From Candidatus Cloacimonadales bacterium (lineage in GTDB: Bacteria; Cloacimonadota; Cloacimonadia; Cloacimonadales; JAFGVF01), in contig OY782781.1 in the NCBI GenBank assembly GCA_963678315.1, positions 1 to 64,000 of the forward strand: a stretch of DNA of 64,000 nt. Direction: 5' to 3'. A program made the translations under genes and the position numbers. Positions 10,397 through 17,596 of the stretch are shown here, piece after piece. Position 1 is the first letter of the stretch. Each line of letters starts with the position of its first letter. A model generated the notes under the pieces. It had not been told where the DNA came from, made no database searches, and saw only the letters and a list, made by a program, of their open reading frames with translations.

Positions 10397-10849
10397 ATGC
10401 AAAAGAAAAATTACTCATCCGTAATAGTTAGTCTAGGAATCATTGCTTTAGTTATTGGCTTATTCTCAATAAGTATGGCTGTAAGAGATAATCTTGATGA
10501 ATATAATGCAGCTATTACTGAAATGGATAGTCAGTTACAACAAGGTAAAGACTTTTACCAAGGACTCAGAGATATGAGAGACGGTACTGTTGAACCTCAT
10601 GAAAACCCTCAAGCTCAAGCGCAAATTGACACTCTTAGTGATAATACAATTGGAAATATGGAAAAAGAATTAGCTGATAATATTGATGAACAAAAAGCAC
10701 AAGTAAAATCTGTTATGTATGATAATATCGTTAACAGCGTTTCTAAAGAACTTGCTTTAGTAATCCTTGGTATTGCCCTTTTATTCATATCAAAAGCATT
10801 AAAAGAATTATCAGGAAAAGAAGATTCTATCACTAATAATGACGATTAA
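10397..10849 (+). CDS. Hypothetical membrane protein (two hydrophobic segments)
   Basis: 150-aa ORF with AGGAG RBS, in line with the upstream operon. Confidence 0.65.
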   Translation: MQKKNYSSVIVSLGIIALVIGLFSISMAVRDNLDEYNAAITEMDSQLQQGKDFYQGLRDMRDGTVEPHENPQAQAQIDTLSDNTIGNMEKELADNIDEQKAQVKSVMYDNIVNSVSKELALVILGIALLFISKALKELSGKEDSITNNDD

Positions 10850-10979
10850 GAGACTTCTATAAGCTAAGAAATTAGTTTCTAGATAACTTTTTAAAAATTA
10901 ATTTAATATTTTATTCAATTAATTATCAATATCTTATGAATTTTAGTTAAATAAATAGTGTTTTTTTATCTTTTTTTTG

Positions 10980-11010
10980 TTGACATGAAATGCAGAATAT
11001 TTATCTATGT
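10980..11010 (+). promoter_or_regulatory. Probable sigma70 promoter of the tRNA-Asn array
   Basis: Perfect TTGACA at 10980-10985 preceded by a T-rich tract, about 45 bp upstream of the first tRNA-like copy; the -10 match is weak. Confidence 0.4.
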
Positions 11011-11031
11011 AATTGTTAATTGAATGATTAT

Positions 11032-11103
11032 TCCGACATGGCTCAGCGGTAGAGCGGGTGGCTGTTAACCGGCAGTTGCCGGACGGGGGTTCAATCCCGA
11101 CCA
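11032..11103 (+). pseudogene. Altered tRNA-Asn copy 1 (palindrome substitution, 3' acceptor strand lost)
   Basis: Identical to the intact tRNA through GTTAACC, then ACCGGCAGTTGCCGGA (11068-11083), CGGGGGTTCAATCCCGACCA. First unit (105 bp) of a tandem repeat. Confidence 0.85.
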
Positions 11104-11136
11104 ATGAAAAGTGTCAATCAGATCTTTATTAATTAT

Positions 11137-11209
11137 TCCGACATGGCTCAGCGGTAGAGCGGGTGGCTGTTATCCGGCAGTTGCCGGACGGGGGTTTAAA
11201 CCCCGACCA
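11137..11209 (+). pseudogene. Altered tRNA-Asn copy 2 (palindrome substitution, 3' acceptor strand lost)
   Basis: 5' half of tRNA-Asn, TCCGGCAGTTGCCGGA (11173-11188), then CGGGGGTTTAAACCCCGACCA. Second unit (106 bp). Confidence 0.85.
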
Positions 11210-11242
11210 ACGAAAAGTGTCAATCAGATCTTTATTAATTAT

Positions 11243-11317
11243 TCCGACATGGCTCAGCGGTAGAGCGGGTGGCTGTTAACCACTAGGTCGGGGGTTCAAA
11301 TCCCTCTGTCGGAGCCA
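11243..11317 (+). tRNA. tRNA-Asn(GTT), intact
   Basis: 75 nt. Acceptor TCCGACA/TGTCGGA, D-arm GCTC/GAGC, anticodon arm GGTGG-CTGTTAA-CCACT, T-loop TTCAAAT, discriminator G, encoded CCA. Confidence 0.97.
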
Positions 11318-11323
11318 TATATT

Positions 11324-11351
11324 AGGCTACTCAAGTGAGTAGCCTTTTTTT
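11324..11351 (+). terminator. Intrinsic terminator after tRNA-Asn
   Basis: AGGCTACTC-AAGT-GAGTAGCCT with 7 Ts after GCC; same hairpin at 11788 and 14534. Confidence 0.85.
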
Positions 11352-11364
11352 ATTGGAGGTTACT

Positions 11365-11616
11365 ATGTTCTATGTTTATGTTTTATATTCATCACAATTT
11401 GATAAGATTTATATTGGTTACACTTCTGACATTACGAATAGATTAAAATCACATAACGAGTTAGCCACTAAAGGTTGGACTATTAAATTTAGACCATGGA
11501 AACTCATTTATAAGGAAGAATACTCAACTAAGAAAGAGGCTATGAAAAGAGAGAATGAACTGAAGCAACATCAAGGACGTATTTACATTAGAAAATTAAT
11601 CAATTTAGAGAACTGA
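11365..11616 (+). CDS. Small stand-alone GIY-YIG nuclease (UPF0213-like), copy 1, 83 aa
   Basis: YVYVL...YIGYT...R..SHN...T..FRPW.L...E......A..RE..LK; GGAGG RBS before ATG 11365. Confidence 0.92.
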   Translation: MFYVYVLYSSQFDKIYIGYTSDITNRLKSHNELATKGWTIKFRPWKLIYKEEYSTKKEAMKRENELKQHQGRIYIRKLINLEN

Positions 11617-11697
11617 ACATATTCAATGCTAACTTGTCTATAGGTCAGACAAGACCAAAATTCATAATAGCTGATAAATAAAAGACTTAACCGTTAT

Positions 11698-11781
11698 TCC
11701 GACCTGGCTCAGCGGTAGAGCGGGTGACTGTTGTTATCCGGCAGCTGCCGGACGGGGGTTCAAATCCCTCTGTCGGAGCCA
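11698..11781 (+). pseudogene. Altered tRNA-Asn copy 4 (full ends, palindrome substitution, duplicated GTT)
   Basis: TCCGACCTGGCTCAGCGGTAGAGCGGGTGACTGTTGTTA-TCCGGCAGCTGCCGGA(11737-11752)-CGGGGGTTCAAATCCCTCTGTCGGAGCCA. Confidence 0.85.
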
Positions 11782-11787
11782 TAGATT

Positions 11788-11814
11788 AGGCTACTCAAGT
11801 GAGTAGCCTTTTTT
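11788..11814 (+). terminator. Terminator copy 2; IS21 inserted in its T-tract
   Basis: Same hairpin as 11324-11351. Confidence 0.8.
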
Positions 11815-11894
11815 TGTTAATAGAATTATAAAGTGGTACAGTAATGGAAGTATAAAATGGTACACTCCTCAAAATACAAATTTTGAGGATAACC

Positions 11895-13379
11895 ATGATA
11901 GAGGAAAGCATGTATCACAAGATAAAATCGTGTCAGAATTTAAACTTAAGTGTAAGAGAAACAGCTAGGCAATTAGCTATATCACCAACGACAGTGCAGA
12001 AGTTCAGAAAGATGTCGTTAAAAGATTATACAGAATATAAGAGCAATATCTTTAGACGAAACAGTATTTTAGAGTCTTATAAAGAGTTGTTAAGCCTTTG
12101 GATTAAGGAATATCCACGAATACGCACAACCAAACTTCATCGTAAATTCCAAAAGAAATACCCCGATATAGTTATATCAGAGCGAGCATTTTCGAATTAC
12201 ATAAATAAACTCAAAGAAGCAATAAAGCCTCGTTGTAGACGTTATTTTACCCCTGTAACGTATGAACCAGGAGTACAGATACAAGTAGATCCGGGAGAAC
12301 AAAAAGTATTACTCACAACAGGTGAAAAGATAAAAGTTTATTTTGTAGCCTTTAAAATCTCATACTCAAGAATGGTGTATGCTCATTTCCAATTAAGACC
12401 ATATAATACTAATGATTTTATACAAGCTCATGAAGCCTGTTTTAATTATTTTAGATGCTTACCAAAGCAATTAGTTTATGACCAAACAAAGTTAGTTGTA
12501 ATAAGAGAAAAATATAGGGAAGTATGGTTAAATAAACTATTTGAACAGTTCCTAAACAAACACAATTTAAACTATTATATATGCGAAGGTTATGACCCTC
12601 AAACTAAAGGACTTGTGGAACGCCATGTAAGAGAAGTAAAAGAAGATTTTCTTTATGGAGATAAGTTTTCAGGGTTAAGTGAGATAGAAATGCGTTCAAA
12701 AGATTGGTTTGAAATGGTAAATAATAGAGAGCATAGCACAACTTTAGAAATTCCGACAGAAGTATTTAAAGCTGAAAAGGATTTAATGAGAACTTATATA
12801 CCAAACAATAGAGTATTGAGAAAAGTAGATAAACAAGGAATAATATCTTGGAAAGGTAATAAATATTCAGTTCCTTATATTTATCAAAAAAAAGAAGTTT
12901 TAGTAGAAGAATTAAATAGCAAACTTTTGATAATAGATAGCTTAACACTAGCACAAGTAGCTAGTCATTCTGTAAAATATGGAAAGTCAAAGCCGACTAT
13001 AAATCAAGCACATTATATTGATTATTCAGAAAAATTAGAAACTCTAAAGGATGACGTTTTAGAACTTCTGAAAGGATATCAAAATTATGACGTTTTTGTG
13101 ACCAGGATTTTAAAAGAAAACACAAGTCACCCACGAGAACAATTAAGAGCAATAAGACGGCTATATAATGAATATAACCGTCTTGACTGGAATTTTGTAA
13201 TTAATCAATCTTTAGCATTTTCACAACTACGCGCAAGCAAAGTTGAAAATGTTCTTGAAGCTCTCACAAAGCAATTAAAGATAAATGATTATATACAAAA
13301 CAACCAAAGTAATAATAACACAAGTAGTTCAAAACTAGCAAGAGATTTATCAGATTATGATAGGATGGTAAAAAAATGA
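11895..13379 (+). CDS. istA: IS21 transposase IstA (DDE)
   Basis: N-terminal HTH; QVDPG, LVYDQ, PQTKGLVER, NNREHSTT, YSVP motifs. Exact start uncertain (11883, 11895 or 11910). Confidence 0.92.
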   Translation: MIEESMYHKIKSCQNLNLSVRETARQLAISPTTVQKFRKMSLKDYTEYKSNIFRRNSILESYKELLSLWIKEYPRIRTTKLHRKFQKKYPDIVISERAFSNYINKLKEAIKPRCRRYFTPVTYEPGVQIQVDPGEQKVLLTTGEKIKVYFVAFKISYSRMVYAHFQLRPYNTNDFIQAHEACFNYFRCLPKQLVYDQTKLVVIREKYREVWLNKLFEQFLNKHNLNYYICEGYDPQTKGLVERHVREVKEDFLYGDKFSGLSEIEMRSKDWFEMVNNREHSTTLEIPTEVFKAEKDLMRTYIPNNRVLRKVDKQGIISWKGNKYSVPYIYQKKEVLVEELNSKLLIIDSLTLAQVASHSVKYGKSKPTINQAHYIDYSEKLETLKDDVLELLKGYQNYDVFVTRILKENTSHPREQLRAIRRLYNEYNRLDWNFVINQSLAFSQLRASKVENVLEALTKQLKINDYIQNNQSNNNTSSSKLARDLSDYDRMVKK

Positions 13380-14104
13380 TGGAACAATTAAAGAAAGATT
13401 TATTCAGGATAAGGTGTCGACATATACTCAATAACATTGAATCATATTTACAGCATGGAAGAGAGAAAGAACTCTCTAATCAGCAGTTTTTATCGTATAT
13501 TATCAGAAATGAAGTTAATAGCAGAAATCAAACAGCTATTAAGCTAAAAATAAAAAGGTCAAATTTCCCTTCAGTAAAGACATTTGAAGAGTTTGATTAT
13601 AAATATCAACACAGTGTAACTAAAAGGATGGTCAATGAGTGGTTGGATTTTGATTGGATAGATAACAGAGAAAATAAGATATTTATGGGACCTCCTGGAG
13701 TTGGTAAAACGCATATAGCATTAGCTTTGGGATATGAAGCAATACAAAAGGGATATAATGTAAAATTTTACACATTTAATGATTTACTAGATGATATGTT
13801 AATAGCATCCAATGAGAAAAGCCTGAAAGAGTTTATTAAGAAACTATGTAAAAATGAATTAATAATTATTGATGAAATCGGCTATTTACCAATAAAGGAA
13901 ATATCTTCAAGTATGTTCTTTAAACTAGTTAGCGAACTATATGAATTTAGATCTATTGTTATAACATCAAACAAACTATTTCAAGAGTGGGGATCTGCTT
14001 TTGGAGATAATGTTATTACTTCAGCAATATTAGATAGACTTCTACACCATGCACAGCTAATCACGATGGATGGTGATAGCTATAGAATGAAAGGTAAAAT
14101 TTAA
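13376..14104 (+). CDS. istB: IS21 helper AAA+ ATPase IstB
   Basis: GPPGVGKTH Walker A, LIIIDEIGY Walker B, ITSN, AILDRLLHH, GDSYR; ATGA overlap with istA. Confidence 0.95.
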   Translation: MMEQLKKDLFRIRCRHILNNIESYLQHGREKELSNQQFLSYIIRNEVNSRNQTAIKLKIKRSNFPSVKTFEEFDYKYQHSVTKRMVNEWLDFDWIDNRENKIFMGPPGVGKTHIALALGYEAIQKGYNVKFYTFNDLLDDMLIASNEKSLKEFIKKLCKNELIIIDEIGYLPIKEISSSMFFKLVSELYEFRSIVITSNKLFQEWGSAFGDNVITSAILDRLLHHAQLITMDGDSYRMKGKI

Positions 14105-14192
14105 CTTATTTTTTTAACCAAAGTGTAACAGTTTATACTTCCAAAAGTGTAACATTTTAAACTTCTCTTGACATTTTTTATTGGAGGTTACT

Positions 14193-14441
14193 ATGTTCTA
14201 TGTTTATGTTTTATATTCATCACAATTTGATAAGATTTATATTGGTTATACTTCTGATTTAGACAATAGAGTCAAATCACATAATGAGTTAGCAACTAAG
14301 GGATGGACCATAAATTTTAGGCCTTGGGAACTTATCCATAAAGAAATCTTTTCTACTAAAAAGGAAGCTATGAAAAGAGAAAAAGAACTTAAACAACATA
14401 GGGGTAGAGATTTTATTAGAAACATAATAAATAACACGTGA
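14193..14441 (+). CDS. Small stand-alone GIY-YIG nuclease, copy 2, 82 aa
   Basis: Paralog of 11365-11616 (66/82 aa identical by manual alignment); catalytic motifs intact; GGAGG RBS. Confidence 0.92.
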   Translation: MFYVYVLYSSQFDKIYIGYTSDLDNRVKSHNELATKGWTINFRPWELIHKEIFSTKKEAMKREKELKQHRGRDFIRNIINNT

Positions 14442-14450
14442 TTTTAAACT

Positions 14451-14527
14451 GGTGGCTGTTATCCGGCAGCTGCCGGACGGGGGTTCGGAACTTGTCCGGC
14501 AACTGCCGTATCCCTCTGTCGGAGCCA
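14451..14527 (+). pseudogene. Altered tRNA-Asn copy 5 (5'-truncated, two palindromes)
   Basis: GGTGGCTGTTA-TCCGGCAGCTGCCGGA(14462-14477)-CGGGGGTTC-GGAACTTG-TCCGGCAACTGCCGTA(14495-14510)-TCCCTCTGTCGGAGCCA. Confidence 0.85.
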
Positions 14528-14533
14528 TAGATT

Positions 14534-14561
14534 AGGCTACTCAAGTGAGTAGCCTTTTTTT
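14534..14561 (+). terminator. Terminator copy 3, closing the array
   Basis: Same hairpin and 7-T tract as 11324-11351. Confidence 0.85.
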
Positions 14562-14647
14562 ATTATGCTAAACTATTTATTACTTTTTATTTGACTATTT
14601 AACTGCAATCCTAATAATATAACAACATATAATTAGGAGGTAAACTT

Positions 14648-15175
14648 ATGTATACTGAAAATGAGTTAATAACAAAAGCCCAACTTGTTTTAGAAAAGCT
14701 CTCCAAGGGTGTTAATCCTTTGACTGGAGAAAGTATTGATAGCAACAATTTTATTTTGGATCCTAAATTACAGAGATGCTTTAAGTTTGTAATTGAGAGA
14801 CTTGATAATGCTAGACCAGCACCTAACGAGTTTAATATTACAGATCAACAAAAACAGCAAATAGACATTACTGAAGAGACAATTGGATTCTCAAAGTTCG
14901 CAAGTAAAGTAAATCAGTTTATAGACACTGATGTTTCTAAAAAAGTATCATCGGCAAGACTTCTTTCAGGACTAAAGAAAATGGGCGTTCTTGGTGATAA
15001 GATCAGTTCCAAAGGAGGAAGAATTACAATTACAACTCCTCAATCAGAAGATTATGGTTTCATAACAATTCATGTAACTCAAGAAACTAGAGAATACGAT
15101 CAAGTAGTAGCAACCAAAAAAGGTCAACAGTATATTATAGATAATCTAGAAAAGATTATCAATTATGAAAGTTAA
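14648..15175 (+). CDS. Hypothetical protein
   Basis: 175-aa ORF with strong AGGAGGT RBS; no family I can name with confidence. Confidence 0.7.
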   Translation: MYTENELITKAQLVLEKLSKGVNPLTGESIDSNNFILDPKLQRCFKFVIERLDNARPAPNEFNITDQQKQQIDITEETIGFSKFASKVNQFIDTDVSKKVSSARLLSGLKKMGVLGDKISSKGGRITITTPQSEDYGFITIHVTQETREYDQVVATKKGQQYIIDNLEKIINYES

Positions 15176-15328
15176 TTTCAACAATTATATAGACTAAAAC
15201 ATTTTCTTGACAGTTTGTATTTTAGTAACATAAATGAAATAAATTCAATAATATTATTGTATTATAATAACTACGGATTATTATTTATAAGAATTACATT
15301 AATTTAGAACATTAGTTTAGGAGTATAT

Positions 15329-17329
15329 ATGAAAATTACGAGGATAATGCTTTTATTGCTATTAACGACATTTTTGTTTTTTCTAGCATGTAATAATGAT
15401 GATGATGAAAGTAACAATAGTGTGGGAGTTGATTTTGAAGATTTAGAAGTTGATGCAAACTTTGATTACAATACAACTGACAATACATCTATACAAATCA
15501 GCGTATTGAATGGTAATGACGAAGGTATACAAAATATTCCTTTTAAAGTCTATGATAAAGACCCTACAGAAGGTGGAAAACTTATAGATTCTGGTGCAAC
15601 TGACGAAAATGGTTTATACAGCTCTTTAGTTTCTGTTCCAACATATCTAACAAGTGTTTATGTTGTGGGCTATATGTCTTCTATTGAAATTCCAATAATT
15701 GATAACACTATAAATCATTCTTTTGGACTCTCTTCTAGCAAAGAAAGAGATGATAAAAACTTCATGTCTCCTCCTAAGTCTGAATTAGTTTATCTTTCAG
15801 ATTACAATTCATCTGGTGTTCCTGAAGTTATGGAAAGAGATATAATTGAACCTGAGTTCCTAACCAAAATAGATGCTACCCTACCGGAAAGTAGACCTGT
15901 CCCTCAGTACCATCCAGATTACTTAACTGAAGGTAATCAAAAGAATGTGCTTCTTGTAGATGAAGCTGCTGATGTTTGGGTTACTTTTGTGCATGAAGGT
16001 GCTGGTTGGAAAAACTCTCTTGGATTCTACACTTATAATGTAGATAATCCTCCTCAATCAGTCGATGACATTGAAACTGTTACTGTTATATTTCCTAATG
16101 TATCTCTAGTTGGAGATGGCGGTGGATTAGTTCCTGGAGACAAAGTTTATCTTGGTGAATTCCAGCCTAACACTGTGATTGCATGGGTGCTCATGGCTAA
16201 TGGTTGGTATTCAAACGCTGCTCATGTTACAAATCAAACATGGTATTCTGATTTTAATTTAAATTATACAGGATTCCAGCAAAGTTTGTTAGTTTATGAT
16301 AGTGAATATGAAAAACTATTATTCGGTTTTGAAGATATGATTTTTGACTCTGGTGATGATGATTTTAACGATGCTATTTTCTATGCTACTGCAAATCCAA
16401 TAGAGTCTGTCAGCATCATCGATGTTCCTCCAATTGATATTCCTGACGATAATGATAGTGATGGTATATCAAATATCTTTGATGACTTTCCTGAAGATCC
16501 AGAAAGAGCTTTCGAAACTAATGATGATGAATATTCTACCCTAGCTTTTGAAGACTTATGGCCTCAAAAAGGTGATTATGACTTCAATGACTTAGTTATT
16601 GATTACAACTTCTTCTTCCATAAACACGCTAATGGAAGAATAAAGAATCTTATCTGTGAATTTGAATTAAAGGCAGTTGGTGCTACTAAGCAAAACGGTT
16701 TTGCAGTTCAGTTCCCATTTAACTCTAACAATATAGAATACATAAATATCATAGATGGTAGTGATACTTTAACCTACTCTGAAGTAATATCACATCCTAA
16801 CTTCAATCCGCAACGTGAAGATGGAGCTCAAGCAGTAATTAACTTTGTAAACAACACTACTGATTTAATCACACCAGTTGAAGGATCTTTCATTAATACA
16901 GAAGAAGGTGTAGCAAGTGTTGAACCTGTTAAGTTTGCTGTAGATATCAAATTCATTACTACTGAAAACATCGATAACTGGGAATGGAATGTACCATTCA
17001 ATCCATTTATAATGGTAGATAATGTGCGTGGTCATGAAGTCCATCTTCCTGATTACCCTCCTACAGACCAAGTCTTAACTAATCTATTAGGCATGGATGA
17101 TGATGATTCTAATGATAATCAAAACAGATACTACAAAACTGTTAACAACCATCCATGGGCATTAAATGTTGCTGAAAGCTGGTCTCACCCTTATGAAAAG
17201 AGTGATGTAGCTAAAGCTTATCTTAAGTTTAAGAACTGGGCTGAATCATCTGGTTCATCCTATGCAGATTGGTATCTAGATATTGTTGGTTATCGTAATG
17301 AAGATAAAATTTATGATATGACAGAATAG
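15329..17329 (+). CDS. LruC-domain (DUF4842/DUF4114-type) lipoprotein, paralog A
   Basis: Lipobox FLAC; WVTFVHEGAG..N, GFED...DDDFNDA, LAFEDLWP.KGDYDFND, HEVHL, PWAL. Confidence 0.8.
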   Translation: MKITRIMLLLLLTTFLFFLACNNDDDESNNSVGVDFEDLEVDANFDYNTTDNTSIQISVLNGNDEGIQNIPFKVYDKDPTEGGKLIDSGATDENGLYSSLVSVPTYLTSVYVVGYMSSIEIPIIDNTINHSFGLSSSKERDDKNFMSPPKSELVYLSDYNSSGVPEVMERDIIEPEFLTKIDATLPESRPVPQYHPDYLTEGNQKNVLLVDEAADVWVTFVHEGAGWKNSLGFYTYNVDNPPQSVDDIETVTVIFPNVSLVGDGGGLVPGDKVYLGEFQPNTVIAWVLMANGWYSNAAHVTNQTWYSDFNLNYTGFQQSLLVYDSEYEKLLFGFEDMIFDSGDDDFNDAIFYATANPIESVSIIDVPPIDIPDDNDSDGISNIFDDFPEDPERAFETNDDEYSTLAFEDLWPQKGDYDFNDLVIDYNFFFHKHANGRIKNLICEFELKAVGATKQNGFAVQFPFNSNNIEYINIIDGSDTLTYSEVISHPNFNPQREDGAQAVINFVNNTTDLITPVEGSFINTEEGVASVEPVKFAVDIKFITTENIDNWEWNVPFNPFIMVDNVRGHEVHLPDYPPTDQVLTNLLGMDDDDSNDNQNRYYKTVNNHPWALNVAESWSHPYEKSDVAKAYLKFKNWAESSGSSYADWYLDIVGYRNEDKIYDMTE

Positions 17330-17360
17330 ATATATATTAGTTAATAATCCTTTTAACCAG

Positions 17361-17390
17361 AAAGCTTTGGTCTCTACCAAAGCTTTTTTT
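17361..17390 (+). terminator. Intrinsic terminator
   Basis: aaagctttgg-tctcta-ccaaagcttttttt. Confidence 0.75.
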
Positions 17391-17596
17391 ATTTCAGTAG
17401 GCACAATAATAATATTTTTTTAGTTATTAATATTATTCTACTCAAGTATTATGGCCAGATATAAGAAGATTGTAAAACATTTAATGCACTAATATTCACT
17501 GCATTATATTTATTCAAAGCCATGACACTATTTTATTAGTTGCTAATTTTATAGATAAAATTATATTTTCCTTTAGAAACATGATGGGAGTAAATT

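Larger units (their letters stand above)
11815..14173 (+). mobile_element. Complete IS21-family insertion sequence
   Basis: TG...CA ends. Left TGTTAATAGAATTATAAAGTGGTACAG..GGAAGTATAAAATGGTACAC; right (reverse complement) TGTCAAGAGAAGTTTAAAATGTTACAC..GGAAGTATAAACTGTTACAC. Contains istA and istB. 6 T + 6 T flank the element versus 7 T at sister sites, implying a 5-bp target duplication. Confidence 0.95.

Noticed and set aside
11032..11317. CRISPR array interpretation of the 105/106-bp periodic repeat
   Set aside because: The repeated part is tRNA-Asn sequence, the spacers are nearly identical to each other, and no cas genes are present.
11698..11781. Palindrome as a tRNA intron, or copy 4 as a functional long-variable-arm tRNA
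   Set aside because: The palindrome replaces the 3' anticodon-stem strand, so excision would not restore a tRNA. Copy 4 also has an acceptor-stem mismatch and a duplicated GTT.
14168..14197. Outward TTGACA at the IS21 right end as a hybrid promoter for GIY-YIG 2
   Set aside because: The correctly spaced -10 position overlaps the ATG, so a transcript would begin inside the gene.
14246..14528. Minus-strand ORFs 14246..14437 and 14289..14528
   Set aside because: They are antisense to GIY-YIG 2 and the altered tRNA, with no independent coding signal.
11289..14561. Classical integrase-driven genomic island with attL/attR at tRNA-Asn
   Set aside because: tRNA 3' ends are repeated, but no tyrosine or serine integrase is present, and 5' halves and terminators are duplicated as well.
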